Translations under genes and position numbers: made by a program
Assembly: GCA_934662505.1 (NCBI GenBank)
Contig: CAKUKE010000008.1
Coordinates: 1,076 to 65,075 of the forward strand
Reading direction: 5' to 3'
Source of the DNA: an uncultured Clostridia bacterium
Lineage (GTDB): Bacteria > Bacillota > Clostridia > Christensenellales > Aristaeellaceae
DNA: 64,000 nt
The notes under the pieces: generated by a model
Seen by the model: only the letters and a program-made list of their open reading frames with translations
Database searches by the model: none
What the model was told of the DNA's origin: nothing
Part shown: positions 23,590 to 32,941 of the stretch, one piece after another
Layout of the letters: every line of letters begins with the position of its first letter
Numbering within the stretch: position 1 is the stretch's first letter

Positions 23590-24522
23590 TCAGCCGTTCC
23601 GCAGCCGCTCCAGCGCCCACTCTACGGCGCCGTCCGCCGCGTCCCGGTCGGGCAGTTTGATGCGGGCGTTGGGGTATTTTTCGCTCAGCATTTCCCGGAA
23701 ATACCATTGCTGCACCTTTCCCTTTAAGATGGTGGAGCCCCAGATGCCCACGGTGAAGACGTCCTCTTTCTGATAACCCAGACCATTTAAAAGATCCTGC
23801 AGCATGCGCATGTTCCACCAGGCGGCACAGCGCAAAATGGTGTTGGCGGTACGGTCGCCTGCCTGTGCGGCGGTGTTGAGCGCCTCGCCCAGCCCCACCG
23901 AGGGCCAGGGGGCGGAGGCCATTTTTTCGGACAGATCCACCAGCTGCTTGCGGGTCATTTTTCCCAGTTTTTTTTCAATTTCCTCCACCAGGCGCGTCCG
24001 TTCCCGGCAGCCGTCCAGATACCGGCTGTAATGGTGCAGCGCCCAGCCGTCCACATACCGCCCTGAGCCTTCGTCACCCATGATGCTGGCGGACAGCCCC
24101 GCCACCTGCATTTCCCGGCCGGCCTCGTTGCGGCCGAACACCACGCTGCCCGTGCCGGCAATGAGCAGCGCGCCCACACCGCCTGTGACGGTGTAGTGCG
24201 CCAGCTGGGCGTCATTGACGCACAGAATGGGGCAGTTCAGACCGGGCAGGGCGGCGTAGAGGCTGTGGACGATGTCCGCGTCCTCCGGGCTGTCGATGCC
24301 CGACGCGCCGCAGACTACGGACAGGCAGTCCTCCAGACGGCCGCCGAACAGCTGCAGGCAGGCTCTCACGTTTTCTTCGATCAGGCGGTAGGCGTTTTCA
24401 CGGGTCTGGCCGAAATGGCTGCTGGGGTGACCGGTATAGGCGGCCAGCACCCGCCCGTCCGGCGCGGCGGCCTTGAGCAGGCATTTGGTGCCGCCGTTGT
24501 CAATGCCGAGTACAAACTGCAT
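23590..24522 (-). CDS. BadF/BadG/BcrA/BcrD-type ATPase (N-acetylglucosamine kinase-like)
   Basis: 310 aa with ASKHA phosphate-1 motif LGIDNGGTK, then GTGS and GDEGSG motifs. Confidence 0.8.
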   Translation of the reverse strand: MQFVLGIDNGGTKCLLKAAAPDGRVLAAYTGHPSSHFGQTRENAYRLIEENVRACLQLFGGRLEDCLSVVCGASGIDSPEDADIVHSLYAALPGLNCPILCVNDAQLAHYTVTGGVGALLIAGTGSVVFGRNEAGREMQVAGLSASIMGDEGSGRYVDGWALHHYSRYLDGCRERTRLVEEIEKKLGKMTRKQLVDLSEKMASAPWPSVGLGEALNTAAQAGDRTANTILRCAAWWNMRMLQDLLNGLGYQKEDVFTVGIWGSTILKGKVQQWYFREMLSEKYPNARIKLPDRDAADGAVEWALERLRNG

Positions 24523-24551
24523 GAGGGTGTCCTTTCCGGCTGAAGCCGAGG

Positions 24552-25016
24552 TTATTTCGCGTCCCGGTCGCCGATGAGGCGGTTGAGCTCGCTCATGAAG
24601 GAGGGAATGTCCGTAAACTGGCGGTATACCGAGGCGAAGCGCACGTAAGCCACCTCATCCAGCTTGCGCAGGGCGGTCATCACCATTTCGCCGATCTGAC
24701 GAGTGGTGATCTCCTCCTGCAGATTGTTGTTGGCCCACTGTTCCACATCGGTGACGATCCGCTCGATCTCCGCGGCGGAGACGGGGCGCTTGTGGCAGGC
24801 GGCGATGATGCCGGAGCGCAGCTTTTTGGGGTCGAACAGCTCCCGGGAGTTGTCCTTTTTAATGACCAGCAGCTGCTGAGCCTCGATCTTTTCATAGGTG
24901 GTAAACCGTCGGCCGCAGCCGGCGCATTCCCGGCGGCGGCGGATGCTGTTGCCGTCGTCGGTGGGACGGCTGTCCACCACCCGGCTTTCCGTGCAGTTGC
25001 AGAACTGACATTTCAT
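24552..25016 (-). CDS. nrdR: transcriptional repressor NrdR
   Basis: MKCQFCNCTESRVVDSRPTDDGNSIRRRRECAGCGRRFTTYE... gives a Zn ribbon plus ATP-cone. I place the start at the internal ATG 25016 (canonical MKCxFC N-terminus) rather than the listed 25076. Confidence 0.95.
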   Translation of the reverse strand: MKCQFCNCTESRVVDSRPTDDGNSIRRRRECAGCGRRFTTYEKIEAQQLLVIKKDNSRELFDPKKLRSGIIAACHKRPVSAAEIERIVTDVEQWANNNLQEEITTRQIGEMVMTALRKLDEVAYVRFASVYRQFTDIPSFMSELNRLIGDRDAK

Positions 25017-25089
25017 GACGTTTCGCGCTCCTTTGTGTTTCCCTTCGGACAGCAAGAGTATACCGTGTTTTTCCACGTTTGTCCAGCGG

Positions 25090-25344
25090 TCACAGGTCGC
25101 ACAGGTCGTCTTTTTCCAGCTGCACCAGAATCACGTTTTCACCGATGCGCCGGATGCGCTGCCATGGAATGACGATGCCGTTTTTTTCGCCGCGCAGCAG
25201 GTTGATGAATTTGTTTTCGCCGGGCACGACGATGGCCTCCACGCATCCGCTCTGCACGCAGAATTCGATGTCCATCACCTTTCCCAGCACTTTCCCGTCC
25301 TCGATGGAGACCACATCCTTGGTGCGCAGTTCGGACAGGCTCAT
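25090..25344 (-). CDS. ylmC: YlmC/YmxH family sporulation protein (PRC barrel)
   Basis: 84 aa starting MSLSELRTKDVVSIEDGKVLGKVMDIEFCVQSGCVEAIVVPG.... This is the C-terminal part of listed ORF 25090..25728; the upstream extension looks like junk. Confidence 0.85.
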   Translation of the reverse strand: MSLSELRTKDVVSIEDGKVLGKVMDIEFCVQSGCVEAIVVPGENKFINLLRGEKNGIVIPWQRIRRIGENVILVQLEKDDLCDL

Positions 25345-25418
25345 CCGCACAATCCCCCTTTTCCCCGGCTTCTGCCACAAGTCTATGCGGCAAAAGCGCG
25401 AAACGTGCGGACGAAGGG

Positions 25419-26975
25419 TCAGTTGCCGGCGCTTTCGATGCCCCGGAGCAGGCAGGGCTCGCGCACGTCCCGGGCATAGGTGAACATTTTGCGGGTCATG
25501 ATGGCGCCGGTGCGGTAATACAGGCAAAGGAAAGGACAGTCCTTGGCGAACTGGGTCTGGATCTGCCGGAGGCAGTTTTCGTAATCCGTCTGGGAGGCGG
25601 ACTTGCGCAGCGTGGAGAACAGGCTGTCCATTTCCGTGGAACGGTAGCGGCTGTAATTGCCGGTGTTGCCCTTCATCAGCAGAAAACCGGGGTCGGGCAC
25701 CGCGTCCATCTGGAAGGCGGCCAGACACAGGTCAAAATTGCCGGAGGACAGCTTCTGGGAGGCCTCCGAAAAGGTGACGCTTTCCACCTTGATCTCAAAC
25801 CCTACCTGAGACAGCATGTCGGCGATCAGGTTGGCTGCGCCCACCCGGACGGAGTTGTCCTGCTCCTCGTAGACGCACAGGCGCAGGTGCAGGTTTTTCA
25901 TGGCGCCGCCGATGACCTTGTTGAGCACGCCGTTTTCATCGCCGTCCAGATCGGACCAGCCGCTCTCGGCCAGCAGCGCCCGCGCCTTGTCGGGGTCGTA
26001 GGAAAAAGAGGGGTCGTCCTGATACATCCATGTGCCCTGCGGCAGGGGGGTATCGGTGCGGACAGCCATGCCCTGATAGGCGTCGCTGACCAGACGATCC
26101 ACGTCGATGGCGTAGCGGATGGCCAGACGCACGTTTGCGTCGTCCAGAAACATGGCGGAGTTGTTGATCATCAGGGTCTCCAGCTGCTGGGTGCGGTAGG
26201 TCAGGCTGGCGCTGGTGGTGGAGCGGGAATACTGCCCTGCCGAGGAAGAACGGGTGATGACCGCGTCTACGCTGTTGTTTTCATACAGGCTGATCAGCGC
26301 CTGGTTGGTGGCGGAAAACACCACGTTCACCCGGCGGATGGCGGGAATCTGCTGCCACCAGCTGTCATTGGCGGAGAGGTAGAGAAAGTCCGCCGGTTCA
26401 AAACGACTCACCTGGTAGGGACCGGAGCCGGAGGGCGAAGCGTCCTGCAGCCGGGTCTGGGGCAGGATGGGAAAGGTCATGGCGTAGATGAAGCCGTAAT
26501 AGGGACGCGCCGCTTTGATGGTGACCGTCTGGGCATCCGCCGCCGACACGGAGGAAACGATGTATTTCAGGTTGGCGTACTGCCCCTTGCTTTCCTCCGC
26601 CAGACGGAGAATTTCCTCCAGCGTGGCCTTTACGTCGTAGGCGGTCACGGGCGTACCGTCGTGAAACAGGGCGTTCTCCCGCAGGTGGAAGGTCCATAGC
26701 CTGCCGTCCGAGGAGCTTTCCCAGCTTTCTGCCAGACAGGCCTCGGGACGGTAATCGTCGTCCAGCGAGACCAGCCCTTCGTAAATCAGCGCCGTGAGGG
26801 ACTGAAAATCCCGTTCTTCGGCATAGAGGGGGTTGAGCTGGGTGGTCTTGACGGAAATGACCCCCAGCGTCAGTTCGTCGTCAGCGGAGGACGCCAGCGC
26901 CGGAGAGGACAGAAACAGAAGCAGCGTCAGCGCCAGCGCCGCCGTCCGGGTAAAAGTGCTGCAGGTAGACCGCAT
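25419..26975 (-). CDS. ABC transporter substrate-binding protein, family 5 (peptide/nickel type), orphan
   Basis: 518 aa with a signal peptide (no lipobox Cys) and a family-5 SBP core (...LVSLDDDYRPEACLAESWESSSDGRLWTFHLRENALFHDGTPVTAYDV...). No permease or ATPase genes are adjacent. Confidence 0.85.
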   Translation of the reverse strand: MRSTCSTFTRTAALALTLLLFLSSPALASSADDELTLGVISVKTTQLNPLYAEERDFQSLTALIYEGLVSLDDDYRPEACLAESWESSSDGRLWTFHLRENALFHDGTPVTAYDVKATLEEILRLAEESKGQYANLKYIVSSVSAADAQTVTIKAARPYYGFIYAMTFPILPQTRLQDASPSGSGPYQVSRFEPADFLYLSANDSWWQQIPAIRRVNVVFSATNQALISLYENNSVDAVITRSSSAGQYSRSTTSASLTYRTQQLETLMINNSAMFLDDANVRLAIRYAIDVDRLVSDAYQGMAVRTDTPLPQGTWMYQDDPSFSYDPDKARALLAESGWSDLDGDENGVLNKVIGGAMKNLHLRLCVYEEQDNSVRVGAANLIADMLSQVGFEIKVESVTFSEASQKLSSGNFDLCLAAFQMDAVPDPGFLLMKGNTGNYSRYRSTEMDSLFSTLRKSASQTDYENCLRQIQTQFAKDCPFLCLYYRTGAIMTRKMFTYARDVREPCLLRGIESAGN

Positions 26976-27654
26976 AGGATGTCACCACCTTTTCTGCATA
27001 GGGACGGGTATCGTCCGTGGGGATTTCGGAAAGGGTCAGGGTTTTGCCGTCGGAGGAATACTTGTTCAGCCAGCTCTGCACGTTGCCTGCGCCCGCGTGG
27101 TAGCTGCACGCCACCAAAATAGGGTCGCCGTCAAACTTGCCGGAGAGGTAGTTAAGGTAGCGGCAGCCCAGACGGATGTTGGTTTCCGGGTCGAACAGGG
27201 CGTCGTCCGTGTAGTCCTTCAGCCCTGCTTTTTCCGCCATCCAGCTGCCGGTGTCGGGCATGAGCTGCATCAGCCCGCGGGCGCCCACACGGCTGACCGC
27301 ATCGGGGTCGTAGTGACTCTCCCGGTAGATGACGGCAGCCACGTAGGCGGGGTTGAGGTCGTATACCGCCGACCAGTAGGTGATCAGATCCCGGTATTTG
27401 ACGATGTGACGGTTCACCATGGTCTGGTATTCTTCCTGCGCCCGCTGCCTTTCGGCACGCAGGTCGCCCAGCTGCGCCGCGCCGCGGGCAAAGGAAAACG
27501 CGGACAGGGCGACGCCAAGCGCCAGAGAGCATAAAACAAGAACCTGCCACAGCGGCATGCCGCTGCGCCGGGCGCGCCGACGGCCGGCTCTGCGGTTGCG
27601 CTGAGCGGGGGCGGGGCGGTGCGGTTCAAACTGGGGGGCGGGATAATTGGACAA
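26881..27654 (-). CDS. lytic transglycosylase (SLT domain) with N-terminal membrane anchor
   Basis: Catalytic region ...VIYRESHYDPDAVSRVGARGLMQLMP...SYHAGAGNV. The preferred start is TTG at 27654 with GGAG 5 nt upstream. The listed start 27906 adds an implausible Arg/Pro-rich extension. Confidence 0.8.
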   Translation of the reverse strand: MSNYPAPQFEPHRPAPAQRNRRAGRRRARRSGMPLWQVLVLCSLALGVALSAFSFARGAAQLGDLRAERQRAQEEYQTMVNRHIVKYRDLITYWSAVYDLNPAYVAAVIYRESHYDPDAVSRVGARGLMQLMPDTGSWMAEKAGLKDYTDDALFDPETNIRLGCRYLNYLSGKFDGDPILVACSYHAGAGNVQSWLNKYSSDGKTLTLSEIPTDDTRPYAEKVVTSYAVYLQHFYPDGGAGADAASVSVLSGAGVLR

Positions 27655-27977
27655 AGCATGCTCCTTTCGGTCGGACGCGCCGACGCGTGGAATATTGACG
27701 GTTCCCTCCGGCGCGTATGCAAAGGGGGAAGCCCTTTGACCGGAAGGGGCAGCAGGGGGCGACGGTCTTTCCGTCCGCAGCTGTTCCCCGGGCGGGAATT
27801 TGCGCCGCCCGCAGGGTAAAACGCGCTTGGCGTTTTTGCCGGGCCGATACGCCGAGCGGGGAACTGCCGTCCGAAATAGGATGAGGTGGGCGCCGGGCGG
27901 CTTCAAAGATGCGTCGATACGTCCTGCGCTTCATCGGCGGGAATCCGTCGTTCAGAAAGGACGGACCCCGGGCGATC

Positions 27978-28592
27978 TCAGGGGATGGGACGCGCCGCGG
28001 CCCGCTCCGCCATCAGCGCCCGGTACAGTGCCAGCACTTTTTCGGCGCTTTGCGCGGGAGAGCCGTCCGTGCGGATGACCACCTGACTGCGCCGGGCCTT
28101 TTCAAGGGCGGGCATCTGGCTGCGGATGCGGCGCAGCGCTGCGCCGCGGGTCAGACGATCCCTTGCCATCAGGCGGCGCAGCTGCTCTTTCTGCGGCACG
28201 TAGGCGCACCATACCCGGTCGCACCACGCGTCCATGCCGCACTCATACAGAAGGGGCGCGGAAAGAAATACCACGCCTTCCCCGGTACCGTCGATCAGGC
28301 GGCGGCACTCGGCCAAAATGAGGGGGTGCAGGCAGGCGTTGAGACGGGTTTTCTTTTCCGGGTCGGCAAAAACCATTTCGCCAAGGGCGCGGCGGTTCAG
28401 CGCTTCACCGTCGAAGACCCCGTCTCCGAACGCCTCGCGCAGGGCAGGCAGCCCCTTTCCGCCCGGCGCGGTCAGGGCGCGGGACACCTCGTCCGCATCC
28501 ACGACGCGCGCGCCCGCACCGAGCAGCGCGTCCGTCAGGTTGGTCTTGCCGCAGGCAATGCCGCCCGTTATACCAACGATCAGCACGCTCAT
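27978..28592 (-). CDS. coaE: dephospho-CoA kinase
   Basis: 204 aa with P-loop GITGGIACGKT. Overlaps the polA stop by 4 nt (conserved polA-coaE synteny). Confidence 0.93.
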   Translation of the reverse strand: MSVLIVGITGGIACGKTNLTDALLGAGARVVDADEVSRALTAPGGKGLPALREAFGDGVFDGEALNRRALGEMVFADPEKKTRLNACLHPLILAECRRLIDGTGEGVVFLSAPLLYECGMDAWCDRVWCAYVPQKEQLRRLMARDRLTRGAALRRIRSQMPALEKARRSQVVIRTDGSPAQSAEKVLALYRALMAERAAARPIP

Positions 28593-31129
28593 TTTGTTTC
28601 ATACCAGCTTTCGCCCGAATGCACGTCCGTTTTCAGCGGCACCTGAAGGGCGGCCGCGCCTTCCATGCAGCGGCGCAGCAGCGCCTCAACCTGCGCCACT
28701 TCCTCCGGCGGACATTCCACGATCAATTCGTCGTGCACCTGCAGGATCAGCCGCGCGCTGAGCCCTTCGTCCCGCAGCGCCCGGTGCACACGCACCATGG
28801 ACAGCTTGATGATGTCCGCCGCCGTTCCCTGCACGGGGGTGTTCATGGCCGCCCGCTCGCCGAAGGAGCGGATGTTGGCGTTGGCGCTTTTCAGCTCCGT
28901 CAACTGTCTGCGGCGACCCATGAGGGTGACGGCGTAGCCGTCCCGGTAGCCCTTTTGAACGGTCATATCCATAAACGTCTTGACGCCCGGGTAACGGTCA
29001 AAATAGCGCTCAATGAACTGCGCCGCTTCCCGGCGGGAAATGCCCAGATTGCGGCTCAGCCCGAATTCGCTGATGCCGTATACCAGCCCGAAATTGACGG
29101 CCTTGGCGCTGCGGCGCATGTCGGCCGTTACCTGCTCCATGGGCACGCCGTATACTTCCGCCGCCGTGCGGGTATGTACGTCCTGCCCCAGCCGGAAGGC
29201 GTCCACCATGTTCGCGTCGCCGGACATGTGCGCCAGCACCCGCAGCTCGATTTGGCTGTAATCCGCGTCGGACAGCCGCCAGCCTGCCCGTGGAACGAAG
29301 GCGCGGCGTATTTCCCGCCCCAGCTCCGTCCGGACGGGAATGTTCTGCAGGTTGGGCTCGCTGGAGGAGATGCGGCCGGTGGCGGTGGCCGTCTGGTCAA
29401 AGGTGGTGTGCACCCGCCCGGACGGATCCGTTTTGCGCAGCAGCGCGTCCACATAGGTGCCCGTCAGCTTGACCAGCTGCCGGTAGGCAAGGATCTTTTC
29501 AATGGCGGGGTGGCTGTCCCGGAGGTTTTCAAGGGTATCGGCGTCGGTAGCGTAGCCCTTGGACGTTTTTTTGCCGTGGGGCAGCTTCAAATCCTCAAAA
29601 AGCACCCTGCCCAGCTGCTGCGGACTGTTCAGGTTGAAGCCGTGCGCCCCTGTCAGGTCGTAGATTTCCTGCTTGAGGGTCTCCGCCCGGGCATGCCATT
29701 CTTCTCCCAGACGGCGCAGTACGCCGGGGTCGATCTGAAACCCGGTTTTCTCCATGTCGAAAAGCACGTAGGACAGGGGAATTTCCACCTCGTAGAGCAG
29801 CCGATCCATGCCCAGCGCGGGGATCTCGTCTTTCTGGCGGGCGTACAGCCGCCAGACCCCCTGCGCGTCGTCCGAGGTCAGCGCGGAAAGGGCATAGGAC
29901 TTTTCCTGCGGGTTCAGCAGGTACGCGCCCAGCATGGTGTCAAAGGCCACCTGCGGGAGGGGGAGCCCCTGCCCGTCGCAGATATGCATCAGCCGTTTGC
30001 CGTCGTGCACGATCAACGGCCGCTCAGACAGCGGCGCCCGCAGAGCGGCAAGGGTCTCCGCCGCGTCCGGCCCGTCGTCCAGCATGTCCCGTCGGAAGGT
30101 CAGGCAGACAAAGCGCGTCTCCGTGCACAGGGACAGCCCTTCCTCCGTCAGGTGCAGGCACAGCGGCGCGTCGCCCGCCTCGCGGATGAAGCGGAGCGCG
30201 TCCTCCGCTCCGGTCAGGGACTCGGCGGGCAAAACGGGCGCTTCGGTTCCGGCGCTTTCCGGCGCGGCGTCCGAAAGCGCTTCCAGCCGCTGGATAATGG
30301 CGTTGAGCTGATAGCGGCGCAGAACGGGCACGCCGTCCGTCAATCCGGCAAGCCGGTAATTGGAGGGGGTCAGATCCATGGGAACGGTGGGACGGATGGT
30401 GGCCAGATCCTTGGAAAAGACGGCCTTGTCCGCGTTGCCGCGGATCTTTTCACCCAGCTTGCCCTTGATGTCCGCCCCATGAGCCAGCACGTTTTCCAGC
30501 GTGCCGTATTCGTTCAGCAGCTTGACCGCTGTTTTTTCGCCCACCCCCGGCACACCGGGGATGTTGTCGCTCTGATCGCCCATCAGCCCTTTCAGGTCGG
30601 TGATCTGAGAGGGGGTCACGCCGAAGGCGGCGCGCACGGCCGCCGGGTCGAACAGGGTGGCTTCGCTGATCCCTTTCCGGGTGAAAAGCACCTGCACCTG
30701 ATTGTCCACTAACTGCAGCGCGTCCCGGTCGCCGGTGAGCAGCATGGCGGTCAGATCCCGGCTTTCGGCGCAGCGGCGGGCAACGGTGCCCAGAATGTCG
30801 TCCGCCTCAAACCCCGCCAGAGAGAAGGCGGCGATGTGCATGGCGGAAAGAATTTCCCGCAGCACGGGAAACTGCATGCGCAACTCCTCCGGCGTGGGCC
30901 TGCGTCCGGCTTTGTAGTCGGCGTACATCTGATGGCGGAAGGTGGGCGCGTGCTCGTCGAAGGCGACGACGGCATAACGGGGCTCGTAGTCTCTGAACAC
31001 CTTGAGAAGCATGGACAAAAAACCGTGCACGGCGTTGGTGCACACCCCGTCCGCATCCATGGGCGGCAGGGCGTGGAAGGCACGGTGCATCAGACTGTTG
31101 CCGTCAACGGCCAGAAACAGATCCCGCAT
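28589..31129 (-). CDS. polA: DNA polymerase I
   Basis: 846 aa with a 5'-3' exonuclease N-terminus and polymerase motifs DYSQIELRVLAH, RRSAKAVNFGLVYG, QVHDEL. Confidence 0.97.
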   Translation of the reverse strand: MRDLFLAVDGNSLMHRAFHALPPMDADGVCTNAVHGFLSMLLKVFRDYEPRYAVVAFDEHAPTFRHQMYADYKAGRRPTPEELRMQFPVLREILSAMHIAAFSLAGFEADDILGTVARRCAESRDLTAMLLTGDRDALQLVDNQVQVLFTRKGISEATLFDPAAVRAAFGVTPSQITDLKGLMGDQSDNIPGVPGVGEKTAVKLLNEYGTLENVLAHGADIKGKLGEKIRGNADKAVFSKDLATIRPTVPMDLTPSNYRLAGLTDGVPVLRRYQLNAIIQRLEALSDAAPESAGTEAPVLPAESLTGAEDALRFIREAGDAPLCLHLTEEGLSLCTETRFVCLTFRRDMLDDGPDAAETLAALRAPLSERPLIVHDGKRLMHICDGQGLPLPQVAFDTMLGAYLLNPQEKSYALSALTSDDAQGVWRLYARQKDEIPALGMDRLLYEVEIPLSYVLFDMEKTGFQIDPGVLRRLGEEWHARAETLKQEIYDLTGAHGFNLNSPQQLGRVLFEDLKLPHGKKTSKGYATDADTLENLRDSHPAIEKILAYRQLVKLTGTYVDALLRKTDPSGRVHTTFDQTATATGRISSSEPNLQNIPVRTELGREIRRAFVPRAGWRLSDADYSQIELRVLAHMSGDANMVDAFRLGQDVHTRTAAEVYGVPMEQVTADMRRSAKAVNFGLVYGISEFGLSRNLGISRREAAQFIERYFDRYPGVKTFMDMTVQKGYRDGYAVTLMGRRRQLTELKSANANIRSFGERAAMNTPVQGTAADIIKLSMVRVHRALRDEGLSARLILQVHDELIVECPPEEVAQVEALLRRCMEGAAALQVPLKTDVHSGESWYETK

Positions 31130-31241
31130 GGCAAAATCACCTCCTTCCCATTATAACACAGGGGTCGGACGGGGTAAAGCAAAAAAAGGCGCACGCCCTT
31201 CCAGCATAAGGAGGGCATGCGCCGGAGAAGCGTTTGTGCAG

Positions 31242-32168
31242 TTACTGGCCGGGCAGGCGCACGGTGACGCCGGGAGCAAAGTCGTCCGGAGCCAGACAGG
31301 GGTTGGCGCGCAGCAGCTGTCCCACGGGCAGCCGGTAGGCCAGCGCCACGCTCTCCAGCGTGTCGCCCGTCTGCAGGGTGTAGGTGGGCGGAACGGGGCA
31401 GGGCTGGTTCTGCTCGGGGATGCACAGGGTATCGCCGCCCCGGATCGTATCCAGATTGGTGGTGGCGTTGGCGCGCTGGAGGGTGTAGTAGCTCAGATTG
31501 TACTTCAGCTGCAGGTCGGCGGCGGTCTGATCGTTCTGCACCACGGTGCGGCGGTTGGCCGGGCAGGCGTCTTCCGGCCGGGGACAGGCGTCAGGAGCCT
31601 GGGAAGCGCCGCCGGATGTGCCGCTGTTGCCGGTATCGCCGGTCGTGCCGCCGGATGTACTGCCGCTGCCGGTGCCGCCGGTCGTACCGCCGGATGTACC
31701 GCCGCTGCCGGTATCGCCGGTCGTGCCGCCGGATGTGCCGCTGTTGCCGGTGCCGCCGGTCGTGCCGCCGGATGTGCTGCCGCTGCCGGTATCGCCGGCC
31801 GTATCGCCGGATGTACTGCCGCTGCCGGTGCCGCCGGTCGTACCGCCGGATGTACCGCCGCTGCCGCCGGATGTACCGCCGGATGTACTGCCGCTGCCGG
31901 TATCGCCGGCCGTGCCGCCGGATGTGCTGCCGCTGCCGGTATCGCCGGCCGTGCCGCCGGATGTACCGCCGCTGCCGCCCTCGTCCCGGCGGGCGGGAAT
32001 GCACAGCACGTCGCCCACCATCAGCCGGGCGGGGGGATGATCGGGGTTCAGCGCGACCAGATCGCCCACGTCCACCTGAAATTTCTGGGCGATGGAGTAA
32101 TAGCTGTCGCCGCTGACCACGGTGTAGCGGGATGCGCAGGTGCGGGTCTCGTCCATAAAATGCGCCAC
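31242..32168 (-). CDS. LysM-domain protein with a central Gly/Ser/Thr-rich repeat linker
   Basis: 308 aa with one N-terminal LysM (YTVVSGDSYYSIAQKF...) and two C-terminal LysM-like units (YTLQTGDTLESVALAY...). These are separated by ~125 aa of (STSGGTxGDTGSG)n. Confidence 0.8.
   Translation of the reverse strand: MAHFMDETRTCASRYTVVSGDSYYSIAQKFQVDVGDLVALNPDHPPARLMVGDVLCIPARRDEGGSGGTSGGTAGDTGSGSTSGGTAGDTGSGSTSGGTSGGSGGTSGGTTGGTGSGSTSGDTAGDTGSGSTSGGTTGGTGNSGTSGGTTGDTGSGGTSGGTTGGTGSGSTSGGTTGDTGNSGTSGGASQAPDACPRPEDACPANRRTVVQNDQTAADLQLKYNLSYYTLQRANATTNLDTIRGGDTLCIPEQNQPCPVPPTYTLQTGDTLESVALAYRLPVGQLLRANPCLAPDDFAPGVTVRLPGQ
31606..31980. repeat. 39-bp in-frame tandem repeat (~9.5 copies) inside the LysM gene
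   Basis: The ccggatgt landmark recurs at 31612, 31651, 31690, 31729, 31768, 31807, 31846, (31867, 31879), 31918 and 31957. This gives a strict 39-bp period with one shortened unit. Confidence 0.9.
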
Positions 32169-32235
32169 TTCCTTTTCGCTTTTTTCATCAACAGCCTATG
32201 CGAAAAGGGGGCAAAGTGTGACAGATGCGGAAAAA

Positions 32236-32928
32236 TCAGCAGCCGCCCTGATGGATGCGCTCCATCCGCTGATCCAGTTCGGCGCACATGCGGGCGCAGT
32301 CCTGCAATTCAAGCACGGTCTTCTCCCGATCCGTCAGATCCTTTTTATAGGCGATCTTGTGCTCCAGACTGGCCCACCAGTCCATGGCAATGGTGCGCAG
32401 CTGCACCTCCACTTTCATTTTTCGCGTCTGGTTGTGCAGAAAAATGGGAATCTCCACGATCAGGTGCAGGCTGCGGTAACCGTTCTCCTTGGGCGTCTGA
32501 ATGTAGTCCTTGCGGGTGATGAGCGTCACGTCGTCCTGCCGCAGGAGCGCGTCGGCCAGCATGTAAATGTCGCTGGGAAAGGCGCAGATGACCCGAATGC
32601 CCGCGATGTCGTGCAGGCTGCGCTCGATGCTTTCCACCGTCAGGGGAATCCCCTTGCGCACCGCCTTGTCCACGATGCTCTCGGGGGTTTTGATGCGGGA
32701 CTTGATGGTCTCGATGGGGTTGCGGTCGTACAGAAGAGACAATTCCTCGTTGAGCACGTTGAACTTGGTCTCCACCTCCATCAGCGCGCAGCGGTAACAG
32801 GCCATCAGCTCCCGGTAGGGCTGGGCGTAGCTTTTGATCCATTCTTTTATTTCGCTCTGGGTGAGCCGCTCGGCCAGCGCCCGCTCCAGAGAAGGGCTTT
32901 CGCCCGGCAAAAAATCGGTTTTCTGCAT
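32236..32928 (-). CDS. small alarmone synthetase (RelP/RelQ-type GTP pyrophosphokinase)
   Basis: 230 aa from the internal ATG 32928 (GGAAGGAG RBS). Synthetase motifs DIAGIRVIC, ENGYRSLHLIV, VEVQLRT. Confidence 0.88.
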   Translation of the reverse strand: MQKTDFLPGESPSLERALAERLTQSEIKEWIKSYAQPYRELMACYRCALMEVETKFNVLNEELSLLYDRNPIETIKSRIKTPESIVDKAVRKGIPLTVESIERSLHDIAGIRVICAFPSDIYMLADALLRQDDVTLITRKDYIQTPKENGYRSLHLIVEIPIFLHNQTRKMKVEVQLRTIAMDWWASLEHKIAYKKDLTDREKTVLELQDCARMCAELDQRMERIHQGGC

Positions 32929-32941
32929 GCTGCTCCTTCCA

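Noticed and set aside
24552-25076. N-terminal extensions of listed ORFs (nrdR from 25076; also 33066 for the alarmone synthetase, 35122 for DUF4838, 25728 for ylmC, 40617 for alaS, 60847 for amaP, 61670 for DUF2273, 47244 for gyrA)
   Set aside because: The internal starts have proper SD sequences and give canonical family N-termini. The extensions are compositionally junk or overlap upstream genes.
31606-31980. Possible CRISPR array (regular ~39-bp periodicity); also the 67-bp repeat at 51228-51385
   Set aside because: The repeats are directly adjacent with no unique spacers. One is in-frame coding sequence, and no cas genes or leader are present.
31546-32116. Three overlapping ORFs (31546..32040 +, 31591..32004 -, 31616..32116 +) with extreme PPDV / RRYR repeats
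   Set aside because: They are alternative-frame readings of the 39-bp repeat. Only the minus-strand frame is flanked by real LysM domains.
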